DNA of 64,000 nt, taken from positions 835 through 64,834 of the forward strand of contig JBAZXG010000003.1 of assembly GCA_041660005.1 (NCBI GenBank), in the 5' to 3' direction. The notes beneath the pieces were generated by a model. It worked only from the letters and a program-made list of their open reading frames with translations. It was not told where the DNA came from and searched no databases. Made by a program: the position numbers and the translations under genes. This document shows positions 26,260-34,903 of this stretch, piece by piece (the stretch's first letter is position 1; each line of letters opens with the position of its first letter). The stretch comes from Patescibacteria group bacterium (GTDB lineage Bacteria > Patescibacteriota > Patescibacteriia > GWA2-46-9).

Positions 26260-27762
26260 ATGCCAAGCTCTCTCTACCAACGCTATCGGCCCAAGAAGTG
26301 GGCTGATTTAGCGGATCAAAATCACGTTAAAGTTACCTTGCAGCACGAAATCGAGCGTGAGCAAATTGCGCACGCCTACCTTTTTGTCGGTCCTCGAGGT
26401 GTCGGTAAGACCACGACAGCCCGGCTTTTTGCGAAAGCAATCAATTGCGACGCACGTGCCAAGAAAACCGCCGAACCCTGCAATAGCTGTGCTTCCTGTA
26501 AACGCATCGATGCGCAGCAGTCTTTTGATCTCATTGAAATAGACGCAGCGTCTCATACTGGTGTTGACCACGTGCGTGAGTACATTCTTTCCTCGGCTGA
26601 AGTGCAAGCAGGGCACGGACGTTACCGAGTGTTCATTATCGATGAGGCGCACATGCTCTCAACTGCTGCCTTCAATGCCATGTTAAAAATTTTAGAGGAG
26701 CCGCCAGCACACGTTATTTTCATACTAGCGACTACCGAGGCGCATAAAGTTCCCGCAACGATCATTTCACGCTGTCAGCGTTTTGATTTCAAACGTATTG
26801 CTCCTGATATCATACGCGACCGTCTGCGTAGCTTAGCCGAACAGGAAGGGGTCCAAGTTACTGATGATGTGTTGGCAGCCATTGCTGCGCATGCGGAAGG
26901 ATCACTCCGAGACGCTGAAGGCAGTCTTGGTCAAGTTTTTTCTATTGGTGCAAAAAAAATTACCATGGACGAAGCCTCTCTTGTTATTCCGCGCTCTACC
27001 ATTACTGACGCTGCAGCGCTTGTTGACCTTTGTTTGCGTCAGTTAACTGCTGAAGCTATTGCTTACGTAAATGATCGGGTGGATAACGGTATTAATATTA
27101 ACGTGTTCATGGCCGATGTTATTGTGTGGCTGCGCACACTTTTGTTAGCCAAGGTAGGGAAGCAACTTGATCTTTTTTCTCAGCAGACACTTGGTGAGTT
27201 GCACAGCGCTGCGCTTGAACAAGCGGCGCGAACGACAGTAAAGCGTTTGCAAATGATGATTGACATTTTTATTAAACAGCGATCCTTGCTTGGTCAAACG
27301 CCAATTGAGCAGCTGCCTTGCGAACTTGCTGTTGTTGAAGCATGCGCTATTACAGAGGGTGAAGGTGCAGAAAAAATTTTTAACATCAAAGATAGTAACA
27401 ATAAACAAAAACCAGATAGTTCAGCAACGCAAAAATCTGATAAGCCAGATGAGACTGATAGCGAGACTGAAGTCAAAAGTTCGTTAAGTTCGCTGGAGAA
27501 GTTTACCCTTGAGGAAGTGAAGGGCCGTTGGCATGAAGTTTTGGAAAACATAAAAAGCTTAAACCGTTCTTTGTGTTATGTTTTGGCTGGTTCGTCACCT
27601 CGGGCAGTTAGCGGCAACCGAATTGAACTCGGCGTTAAATATCCGTTTCACCAAGACCGCGTTCACGATGCCAAAAATCGTTCAGTACTGGCAGAGGCGA
27701 CAGAGAAGGTGTTCGGCCAAGCGTTAAGCGTGGTAGCAGTTTTAAATAAGGACGGTGAATAG
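26260..27762 (+). CDS. dnaX: DNA polymerase III subunit gamma/tau
   Basis: 500 aa. AAA+ clamp-loader motifs (GPRGVGKTT, DEAHML, SRC). Zn-finger cysteines CNSCASC. Confidence 0.9.
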   Translation: MPSSLYQRYRPKKWADLADQNHVKVTLQHEIEREQIAHAYLFVGPRGVGKTTTARLFAKAINCDARAKKTAEPCNSCASCKRIDAQQSFDLIEIDAASHTGVDHVREYILSSAEVQAGHGRYRVFIIDEAHMLSTAAFNAMLKILEEPPAHVIFILATTEAHKVPATIISRCQRFDFKRIAPDIIRDRLRSLAEQEGVQVTDDVLAAIAAHAEGSLRDAEGSLGQVFSIGAKKITMDEASLVIPRSTITDAAALVDLCLRQLTAEAIAYVNDRVDNGININVFMADVIVWLRTLLLAKVGKQLDLFSQQTLGELHSAALEQAARTTVKRLQMMIDIFIKQRSLLGQTPIEQLPCELAVVEACAITEGEGAEKIFNIKDSNNKQKPDSSATQKSDKPDETDSETEVKSSLSSLEKFTLEEVKGRWHEVLENIKSLNRSLCYVLAGSSPRAVSGNRIELGVKYPFHQDRVHDAKNRSVLAEATEKVFGQALSVVAVLNKDGE

Positions 27763-27837
27763 TATATCTGTTGTAAGTTTGTTGGCCTAAAAGTCTCGAT
27801 ATACTCTCGAGAAAGTGAGTTTTATGCAGTCTGTCGG

Positions 27838-27867
27838 TTGCAAGTCTGGCTTGACGCTAACTATAAT
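27838..27867 (+). promoter_or_regulatory. Putative promoter of tRNA-Gln (TTGCAA -18- TATAAT)
   Basis: Consensus -10 at 27862-27867, about 40 nt upstream of the tRNA 5' end. Confidence 0.4.
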
Positions 27868-27907
27868 TGTCCGTACGCTGAGGAAACTCGCCGTTTGCGG
27901 GTAGTGT

Positions 27908-27978
27908 TGCCGGGTCGTCTAATGGTAGGACACATGCCTCTGGAGCATGTTATCGGGGTTCGAGTCCCTGCCCGGCAG
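27908..27978 (+). tRNA. tRNA-Gln (anticodon CTG), CCA not encoded
   Basis: Acceptor TGCCGGG/CCCGGCA. The U1-A72 pair and G73 discriminator are hallmarks of bacterial tRNA-Gln. D-arm GTCT-AATGGTA-GGAC. Anticodon stem CATGC/GCATG with loop CTCTGGA. T-arm CGGGG-TTCGAGT-CCCTG. Confidence 0.85.
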
Positions 27979-28117
27979 CAGTGTCCGTAAGTAGCAACTT
28001 ATTTTTTTAATTCAATTATATGGGTGGAAACAGTGCCAAGCGAGCTCGCAGAAAACAGGATGCCAAAAAAGAAAAAGCACGCAAACGGGCCGCTACAAAG
28101 CGACGGTAGTTTAAGGT

Positions 28118-29182
28118 GTGAGTAATTTTATGATTCTCCCAGAGCGAACGTACAGTGTTGAGAGTGTTCGAGCTGGTCATCCAGACAAAGTATGCGATCA
28201 AATTTCGGATGCCATACTTGATGACTGTCTGCGCCAGGATCCGCAGAGCCGTGTTGCCGTGGAAAGCTACGGCAGCCACGGTCTCATTGTTGTTGGGGGT
28301 GAAGTTACTACAGCTGGCTGGGTAGACGTTCACGGGCTCGTCAAGCGCATACTGCGTGACATTGGCTACGATGAACACTACGGTGTTATTTCTAATATTG
28401 TCGAGCAATCTCCGGAGATTGCTACGGGGGTAACTGCCGGTGGAGCAGGTGACCAAGGGGTCATGTATGGCTACGCAACTTCTGAGACGGAGGATTACCT
28501 TCCTATGGGCGTCACGTTAGTTCATGAAATTGTTCGGCGTTTAGATACGCTAACTCGTGAAAATAAGAAGACGGGTTTATTGCCGGACGGTAAAGCGCAG
28601 GTAACCGTTACGAATGGTAGGGTCAGTAATATTGTGGTGAGCGCTCAACATGACAGCGCGCTATCCATTGCAGATGTACGTCATCTTGTTGAGGAAGAAG
28701 TACTTTTGCCCTTGGGTCTTGATCTTGCCGCAGTGGATGTATTGGTTAATCCCGCTGGAACTTTTAACCGTGGGGGATTTGATGCGGACACTGGTTTAAC
28801 GGGTCGCAAAATTATGGTAGATACATACGGCGGCATTGTACCGCATGGTGGTGGTTCTTTCTCTGGAAAAGATGCGACAAAGGTTGATCGCTCTGCAGCA
28901 TATATGGCGCGGTATGCCGCAAAAAATATTGTCGCCAATGCTTTGGCAAAAGAGTGCTTGGTCTCCGTTGCCTATGCTATCGGTTCTTCTGAACCGGTTA
29001 TGCTTGAAGCGGTTAATGAGCGTGGGGAGAGTATTTCGAATTTGCTACGCGAAAAATTTGATTTTCGTCCGGAGTCCATTATCGAACGCCTGGGCTTGCG
29101 CCGGCCTATTTATCAGCCGACAGCTGTTTACGGGCATTTTGGTCGTACCGATGTCCCGTGGGAAGAGGTTGTCAAGTTCTAG
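28118..29182 (+). CDS. metK: S-adenosylmethionine synthase
   Basis: 354 aa. GHPDKVCDQISDA, the GAGDQG motif, and the C-terminal DxTKVDRSAAY. Confidence 0.93.
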   Translation: MSNFMILPERTYSVESVRAGHPDKVCDQISDAILDDCLRQDPQSRVAVESYGSHGLIVVGGEVTTAGWVDVHGLVKRILRDIGYDEHYGVISNIVEQSPEIATGVTAGGAGDQGVMYGYATSETEDYLPMGVTLVHEIVRRLDTLTRENKKTGLLPDGKAQVTVTNGRVSNIVVSAQHDSALSIADVRHLVEEEVLLPLGLDLAAVDVLVNPAGTFNRGGFDADTGLTGRKIMVDTYGGIVPHGGGSFSGKDATKVDRSAAYMARYAAKNIVANALAKECLVSVAYAIGSSEPVMLEAVNERGESISNLLREKFDFRPESIIERLGLRRPIYQPTAVYGHFGRTDVPWEEVVKF

Positions 29183-29996
29183 TCCCTCAATACCGCAGAC
29201 GAGCATCGTCGTTTTTCAAAAACGCCTATTGCGTTGGTATCAGAAGAACGGCCGTCATAGTCTTCCCTGGCGTCGTAATCCGACACCATATCGAGTTTTT
29301 ATTGCTGAGGTGATGCTGCAGCAAACACAAGCCGATCGCGTTAGAGAAAAGTATGAGCCTTTTTTAAAAAAATATCCCAACGTTAAACGTTTAGCTGCTG
29401 CTGTGCAGTCAGAGTTACTGCGCGCATGGTCTGGTCTCGGCTACAATCGACGGGCACTACATCTGCGCGAAGCAGCAAGATGTATCAAAAACATTCATGG
29501 CGGCAAGATACCGCAGTCTTTTGATGAGCTTTGCCGGTTACCTGGTATCGGCCCGTATACGGCTCATGCCATCAGCATTTTTTCAAGAAATGCAGACGAG
29601 GCGTGTGTTGATACGAATGTGCGGCGGGTTTTGATCTACGAATTTCAATTACCAAAGATGACAACAGATCGGGAGATTGCGTTGCTGGCTTATCAAGTTT
29701 TACCAAAGGGAAGAGCACGAGATTGGCATAACGCTTTAATGGACTACGGTGCACTTGTTGCTACGGGTAAGCGTACGAAAATTTCTTCAAAATCTCAGCA
29801 GCCATCATTTAAGGGATCAAGGAGAGAAAAAAGAGGTGCAATCATTCGCTATTGTTTAGAAAAAAAGAGTGTGACCCCAACTGCAATTGCAGACCTGCTC
29901 AAAGTGGACCGTGACGAAGCAACAGAGTTACTGCGTGTTTTAACAAAAGAAAAGTTCTTACATTTCAAGAGAGGTTGGTTTTATATCAAAGAGTAG
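29151..29996 (+). CDS. HhH-GPD superfamily DNA glycosylase (MutY/endonuclease III-like) lacking the 4Fe-4S cysteine cluster
   Basis: This is the frame of track ORF 28836..29996, whose first roughly 105 codons overlap metK in another frame and are not coding. The homologous part begins near the ATG at 29151 (LPWRRNPTPYRVFIAEVMLQQTQADRV). The HhH motif LPGIGPYTAHAI and the catalytic D are present. No C-x6-C-x2-C-x5-C cluster. The start is uncertain and overlaps the metK 3' end by 32 nt. Confidence 0.65.
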   Translation: MSRGKRLSSSSPSIPQTSIVVFQKRLLRWYQKNGRHSLPWRRNPTPYRVFIAEVMLQQTQADRVREKYEPFLKKYPNVKRLAAAVQSELLRAWSGLGYNRRALHLREAARCIKNIHGGKIPQSFDELCRLPGIGPYTAHAISIFSRNADEACVDTNVRRVLIYEFQLPKMTTDREIALLAYQVLPKGRARDWHNALMDYGALVATGKRTKISSKSQQPSFKGSRREKRGAIIRYCLEKKSVTPTAIADLLKVDRDEATELLRVLTKEKFLHFKRGWFYIKE

Positions 29997-30064
29997 GTTT
30001 GTGGCGTAGCGTCAGTTTTTTAAATCTGGTATACTGTTCGTTATAGCGTTAATAAATTATATAT

Positions 30065-30523
30065 ATGTTTACGTCAAAGAAAGTAATCGTTACTGTCGTT
30101 GTGGTTATCGTAGCCGCAGTCGGTGTGTATGTTTTTAGCCGGCGTCCCGCTTTAGGACCCGTAAAAAATAACGAAACAAATATGTCTAGCGAAGAACAAA
30201 AGAAGCCGCTCGTTGTTGAGGTACTGCAACAAGGAACCGGCAGTGAGGCGGTTAAGGGTAGCACTGTGAGTGTTCACTACACGGGCTGGCTTACGGACGG
30301 TACGAAATTTGATTCAAGCGTTGACCGAGGTACTCCATTTAGTTTTGTACTGGGTGCCGGTCAAGTGATTGCCGGTTGGGACCAGGGTGTTCTCGGTATG
30401 AAGGTTGGAGAAAAGCGACGTCTAACTATTGCGCCGGAGTTAGGATACGGAGCTCAAGGAGTTGGTCCGATTCCTGCGAATGCAACCCTCGTTTTTGAGG
30501 TTGAGCTACTCGGGGTAAAGTAA
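30065..30523 (+). CDS. FKBP-type peptidyl-prolyl cis-trans isomerase with N-terminal membrane anchor
   Basis: 152 aa with a TM anchor. FKBP domain ([16 protein letters not shown]...[33 protein letters not shown]). Confidence 0.88.
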   Translation: MFTSKKVIVTVVVVIVAAVGVYVFSRRPALGPVKNNETNMSSEEQKKPLVVEVLQQGTGSEAVKGSTVSVHYTGWLTDGTKFDSSVDRGTPFSFVLGAGQVIAGWDQGVLGMKVGEKRRLTIAPELGYGAQGVGPIPANATLVFEVELLGVK

Positions 30524-30855
30524 TGAATTTTAGCGACTACCAAAAAGAATCACGGTCGACGGTCGTTTATCCGACGAGTGGCGTACTGTCGTACATTTAT
30601 CCCATTCTTGGTCTCGCCAGCGAGGCGGGAGAGGTAGCGCAAGTTGTTAAAAAAGTTATTCGGGATAACGAAGGGGTCGTCAGCGAAGAGGCGCGCGTTA
30701 AGATATCAGAGGAACTTGGAGATGTACTTTGGTATGTTGCGCAAATTGCAACTGAATTCAATTTTGATCTTGATGCTATTGCTGCAGCAAATTTGCGAAA
30801 ACTTGCTTCACGCATGGAGCGCGGTACCATTGGAGGTAGTGGTGATAATCGGTAA
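30523..30855 (+). CDS. MazG-like nucleotide pyrophosphohydrolase (single MazG domain)
   Basis: 110 aa. Contains the EAGEV and EELGDVLWY motifs. Confidence 0.75.
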   Translation: MNFSDYQKESRSTVVYPTSGVLSYIYPILGLASEAGEVAQVVKKVIRDNEGVVSEEARVKISEELGDVLWYVAQIATEFNFDLDAIAAANLRKLASRMERGTIGGSGDNR

Positions 30856-30934
30856 GAAGAATATTTAGCTTTGTCAGAAGGAGCTGCTTTAGTTGTGCTG
30901 AGACACGAATTGTCATTTATATATTGAGTATTAT

Positions 30935-31681
30935 ATGGATCCTATAACTCATCAGACAACCAAACGAGAGCGCAGGGAGCAACGTAAAGTAGCATGGAGA
31001 GAAGAGCGTCAGTCCGCCGTCTATCAGCAGAAGGTGCGAAGAATCGGCTTATGGGCCGTTGTTTTTGTCGTCGTTATCGGTGGTGTTTGGCTTCTTAGCA
31101 AAACAACCAGTAACAACGGCAAGCCGGGCGCTGTGGTGCCGTCGGTTAATGAGATTACTGCTGACGACTGGACGACTGGTAACCAAAGTGCAGCAGTAAC
31201 ACTGGTTGAGTATAGCGATTTTCAGTGTCCAGCTTGCGGAGCATATTACCCAACAGTAAAGAAAGTGACTCAGGACTTTAGTAATACCGTTCGTTTTGTG
31301 TATCGAAATTATCCGTTGAAATCGATCCATCCAAATGCTGAGTCAGCTGCATGGGCAGCGGGGGCGGCTGGTCGACAAGGAAAGTTTTGGGAAATGCATG
31401 ATCTTCTTTTCGACCGGCAGAAACAGTGGGAGGGCAGTTTAAGTACCAAAGGAACATTCCATGATTATGCAGTTGAGTTGGGTCTGAATGGTGATCAGTT
31501 TGATAAAGACTACGACTCGTCAGTGGTCCGCGATAAGGTTGCCACGGATGTTGCCAGTGGTAATGCTGCGCGCATTGCCGGGACGCCCAGTTTCTTTTTG
31601 AACGGGGTTCAGATTTCACCAGCGCCGAATTACACTGAATTCAGCACGCTCATCAATGATCAGCTTAACAAGAAAAACTAG
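30935..31681 (+). CDS. DsbA-like thioredoxin-fold thiol:disulfide oxidoreductase, membrane-anchored
   Basis: 248 aa with an N-terminal TM. Active-site CPAC (FQCPACGAYYP) in a DsbA-type thioredoxin domain. Confidence 0.8.
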   Translation: MDPITHQTTKRERREQRKVAWREERQSAVYQQKVRRIGLWAVVFVVVIGGVWLLSKTTSNNGKPGAVVPSVNEITADDWTTGNQSAAVTLVEYSDFQCPACGAYYPTVKKVTQDFSNTVRFVYRNYPLKSIHPNAESAAWAAGAAGRQGKFWEMHDLLFDRQKQWEGSLSTKGTFHDYAVELGLNGDQFDKDYDSSVVRDKVATDVASGNAARIAGTPSFFLNGVQISPAPNYTEFSTLINDQLNKKN

Positions 31682-32090
31682 CATTCTTTCTTACGTCGTA
31701 GCTGTCGCTGCACTGCTCGGTTTTTTTGATGCTAGCTACTTAGCCCTAAAACACTTTCAGGGGATTGCCCCCACCTGCACACTACTCGAGGGTTGCGAGG
31801 TGGTAACGACAAGCTCTTATGCGGTTGTGTTTGGCATACCGGTGGCTCTGGCAGGTGGTTTTTATTACCTTGCGGTTCTCCTTTTGGCGGTCGCTTTTAT
31901 TGACCTACCGCAACGTTGGAAAATTGATGCCGCTGCTTTGATGGTCAGCGTTGGGATGCTGGCAACAGTATGGTTCGTTTATTTACAGATTTTTGTAATT
32001 CACGCTTTTTGTCTGTATTGTCTTTTTTCGGCACTAACCACAACCGTACTTTTTGCTTTAGTAGTCTCTATTCGTCGCATTGTCCGTTAA
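31656..32090 (+). CDS. Vitamin K epoxide reductase (VKOR) family protein, a DsbB-functional analogue
   Basis: 144 aa, four TM segments. Loop cysteines CTLLEGC and an intramembrane CLYC (CxxC) pair typical of VKOR. Overlaps the DsbA-like gene by 26 nt. Confidence 0.75.
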   Translation: MISLTRKTSILSYVVAVAALLGFFDASYLALKHFQGIAPTCTLLEGCEVVTTSSYAVVFGIPVALAGGFYYLAVLLLAVAFIDLPQRWKIDAAALMVSVGMLATVWFVYLQIFVIHAFCLYCLFSALTTTVLFALVVSIRRIVR

Positions 32091-33315
32091 TTTCATGCGT
32101 GGCTTTGTGGACAAGCGCAATACATTCGTTTTGTTACTCAGCGTTATTCTTGTGGCTGGCGTGTACGGGTACGAGCATTACTTTAAAGCGGTGCTGCCCG
32201 CAGTAGCGCCGCCGCCCGCAGATATTGCCACTTTGCTGGACACCAATAGTACCGGCTATCCGCTTCATATCGAGCCAGGTTTTTCAATAAGCATATACGC
32301 AAAAAATCTTGGCAATGCTCGGGACCTAACGTTTGGCCCTGACGGGTTACTTTTGAGCATTCCAAACGAAGGGAAAATTGTTTCACTACAGGATAAAGAC
32401 GGTGATGATGGGGCAGAAGTCGTTTCAACGGTAGCTACAGGCCTTGATAACCCGCACGGCTTGGCGGTGCGTTGCATCGGTCCTTGTAAATTATATGTTG
32501 CCGAGAGAACGGCGGTGTCAGTTTTTGATTTTGATGAATCGGGACAAGCTGTGAATCGTCGGGTGCTTTTTAGCTTACCGCCTGGTGGCAGACACACAAC
32601 GCGGTCACTACTTTTTTTGCCCGGAGAAAAGGATCAGTTGCTCATTTCTGTCGGTTCTTCTTGTGATGTTTGCCACGAAAAGGATGAACGTCACGGAAGT
32701 ATACTGCTTTCTAACTTGGACGGTGCAGCGCCGACGATCTATGCCTCTGGCCTCAGGAATACAGTCTTTATGGAATTGCATCCAGTTAACGGCGAAGTAT
32801 GGGGAGCAGAAATGGGCCGAGACAATTTAGGTGATAATGTGCCGCCGGACGAAATCAATATAATAGAGCAAGGAAAGAATTACGGCTGGCCGATTTGTTA
32901 TGGGAAAAATGTTCATGATACGGCGTTCGATAAGAACACCTATATACAGGATCCTTGTTCACCTCGCGTAACGCAGCCGTCGTACATTGATATTCCTGCG
33001 CACTCGGCACCTCTGGGCCTCTCATTCATACCCGAAGAAGGATGGCCAGAAGACCATTGGTATAATCTTTTGGTAGCGTATCATGGTTCATGGAATCGCA
33101 GTGAACCGACGGGATATAAAATTGTTCGCTATAAACTTGACGCCAAGGGTAATTATCTCGGCCAGGAAGATTTTATTTCCGGCTGGTTGACCGAATCCGG
33201 TGCATTAGGAAGACCGGTTGATATTATAGCTCTTCCCGGAGGGACGATATATATTTCTGACGACAAGGCGGGGGTGATTTATAAAGTGCAGCGAACCGTT
33301 AGCGAGAATAGGTAA
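32080..33315 (+). CDS. PQQ-dependent sugar dehydrogenase family (glucose/sorbosone dehydrogenase-like) beta-propeller protein with N-terminal TM
   Basis: 411 aa. Repeated propeller signatures (GLDNPHGLA, GWPICYG, YHGSWNRSEPTGYKIV) fit the GSDH fold. Overlaps the VKOR gene by 11 nt. Confidence 0.7.
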   Translation: MSVNFMRGFVDKRNTFVLLLSVILVAGVYGYEHYFKAVLPAVAPPPADIATLLDTNSTGYPLHIEPGFSISIYAKNLGNARDLTFGPDGLLLSIPNEGKIVSLQDKDGDDGAEVVSTVATGLDNPHGLAVRCIGPCKLYVAERTAVSVFDFDESGQAVNRRVLFSLPPGGRHTTRSLLFLPGEKDQLLISVGSSCDVCHEKDERHGSILLSNLDGAAPTIYASGLRNTVFMELHPVNGEVWGAEMGRDNLGDNVPPDEINIIEQGKNYGWPICYGKNVHDTAFDKNTYIQDPCSPRVTQPSYIDIPAHSAPLGLSFIPEEGWPEDHWYNLLVAYHGSWNRSEPTGYKIVRYKLDAKGNYLGQEDFISGWLTESGALGRPVDIIALPGGTIYISDDKAGVIYKVQRTVSENR

Positions 33316-33385
33316 GTATTTGCCAGGAGTGAACGCTGACGCTACACTGCTGGAATCTTATCAGTAGTTAGTGGTGATTCTTTTG

Positions 33386-33475
33386 GTTCCAGTTTCGGGG
33401 TGTAGTATACCGGTAGTACGCATGCATGGGGTGCATGTAGACCGGGTTCAATTCCCGGCACCCCGAAACTGGAAC
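33386..33475 (+). repeat. 10-bp inverted repeat (gttccagttt / aaactggaac) directly abutting tRNA-Pro, extending its acceptor stem into a roughly 17-bp continuous helix
   Basis: 33386-33395 is the exact reverse complement of 33466-33475. The pairing is contiguous with the 7-bp acceptor stem. Confidence 0.8.
33396..33466 (+). tRNA. tRNA-Pro (anticodon GGG), CCA not encoded
   Basis: Acceptor CGGGGTG/CACCCCG with C1-G72 and A73, the bacterial tRNA-Pro identity elements. Anticodon stem CATGC/GCATG with loop ATGGGGT. T-arm CCGGG-TTCAATT-CCCGG. Confidence 0.85.
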
Positions 33476-33536
33476 GAAGGGACGGCTTTTGTCTATTGTA
33501 ACGAAGTAAAATACTTGAGCTATTTGATTCACAAGC

Positions 33537-34172
33537 ATGAACCCTAAAAAAAATTTACTTATCTTTGACTTTGACGGTGTCATTGTTGACACTTTTTCTA
33601 CATCTTACTCAGTAGCACAGCAATTAGACGGCGTGGATAGCCTGGAGGACTTTCGCGCTGCTTTAGACGGGAATATTTTTGATTATTATAAAAAGCGGCC
33701 GCATATTGATGTGAATCTTCAACGGGAAAAATGGTTTAAGATCTATGGTCCCAAGGTGCTTGAGTTGATGCCCGTTGCCGGTATGGTTGATTTGCTTACT
33801 GATTTAGCTAGGCAGCATGTACTTACGATTGTATCATCGAGCAGTTCGGATACCATCTCTCTTTTTTTAGAAAAGTACAAGTTTCGAGAGCTATTCGAGG
33901 ATGTCTTAGGTTCAAATGATCATCATAGTAAGGTTCATAAAATGAATCACATCATGAATAAATTTTCAATAACTTCCGAAGGTGCGCTCATGATTACCGA
34001 TACGCTTGGTGACATTCGCGAAGCGAAAGTTGCTGGAGTTGAATCAATCGCGGTCAGTTGGGGGTATCATGAACGAGAGCGGCTGCTTAAAGGAAACCCC
34101 GCAGCACTGGTTCACACACCGCAGGAGTTAGAGAAAGCTATTTCTCATTTTTTTGACAACAATGGCAAATAA
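33537..34172 (+). CDS. HAD-superfamily hydrolase (subfamily IA-like phosphatase)
   Basis: 211 aa. Motif I FDFDGVIVDT, motif II SSSS, and a C-terminal D-x4-D region. Confidence 0.75.
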   Translation: MNPKKNLLIFDFDGVIVDTFSTSYSVAQQLDGVDSLEDFRAALDGNIFDYYKKRPHIDVNLQREKWFKIYGPKVLELMPVAGMVDLLTDLARQHVLTIVSSSSSDTISLFLEKYKFRELFEDVLGSNDHHSKVHKMNHIMNKFSITSEGALMITDTLGDIREAKVAGVESIAVSWGYHERERLLKGNPAALVHTPQELEKAISHFFDNNGK

Positions 34173-34851
34173 TATTCCAAAACATGTTGCTTTTATAATG
34201 GATGGTAATCGGCGTTGGGCGCGTGAACGCGGTTTGCCAACCTTAGAAGGGCACCGCCTTGGTTATGAAAAAATGAAAGAAGTAGGGGAGTGGTGTATCA
34301 AACGCGGCGTTGCTGTGGTTACGGTCTATGCATTCTCTACAGAAAATTGGCAGCGATCAGCAGAAGAAGTGAAATATTTAATGCAGTTACTTTGGCGCGC
34401 ATTAACGAACGAGCTCAATGCGTTTCATGAGCGTAATATGCGGCTTCGTATCATTGGGCAAATTTCTGCGTTAAGTCAGGAATTGAGAACTGCCATCAGC
34501 GCAGCAGAGCGTAAAACAGAGCGTAACACTGAAGGCGTTTTGAATATTGCCATCAATTACGGGGGACGACAGGAAATCATTGATGCCACAAAAGCAATCA
34601 TCGAGAGTGGGGTACATAGTGATGCTATCAATGAGGATCTATTTAAAAAATATCTTTACGCACCCGAAGGGCCTGAGCCTGATATTATCATTCGGACGGG
34701 GGGCGAACAGCGACTATCCGGCTTTCTATTATGGGGTTCTGCCTACAGTGAACTTTATTTCGAAAAGCATTATTGGCCTGATTTTTCAGAAAGTGATCTT
34801 GAAGCGGCATTTTTTTGGTATGCTGGTCGCGAGCGGCGTCATGGCAAGTAG
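34153..34851 (+). CDS. uppS: Isoprenyl transferase (undecaprenyl-diphosphate synthase)
   Basis: 232 aa. HVAFIMDGNRRWA, AFSTENW, and the ERRHG C-terminus. Confidence 0.92.
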   Translation: MTTMANNIPKHVAFIMDGNRRWARERGLPTLEGHRLGYEKMKEVGEWCIKRGVAVVTVYAFSTENWQRSAEEVKYLMQLLWRALTNELNAFHERNMRLRIIGQISALSQELRTAISAAERKTERNTEGVLNIAINYGGRQEIIDATKAIIESGVHSDAINEDLFKKYLYAPEGPEPDIIIRTGGEQRLSGFLLWGSAYSELYFEKHYWPDFSESDLEAAFFWYAGRERRHGK

Positions 34852-34861
34852 TGAAGAGCAA

Positions 34862-34898
34862 ACAAAAAAGCTCCGGCCTCATGGCCGGAGCTTTTTTA
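34862..34898. terminator. Bidirectional rho-independent terminator (aaaaaag-CTCCGGCC-tcat-GGCCGGAG-cttttttat)
   Basis: Perfect 10-bp stem with a 4-nt loop, A-tract on one side and T-tract on the other. Lies between the convergent uppS and the minus-strand micro-ORF. Confidence 0.7.
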
Positions 34899-34903
34899 TC
34901 GCA

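Noticed and set aside
28016-28456. Minus-strand 146-aa ORF antisense to the metK 5' region
   Set aside because: It overlaps conserved metK codons and has no start or RBS context. It is a reverse-frame artefact.
28836-29150. 5' 315 nt of the 386-aa track ORF (28836..29996), which reads through the 3' third of metK in a different frame
   Set aside because: The translated segment (MYRMVVVLSLEKMRQR…) has no similarity to the glycosylase family, while metK in the other frame is fully conserved through its C-terminus. Real coding begins near 29151.
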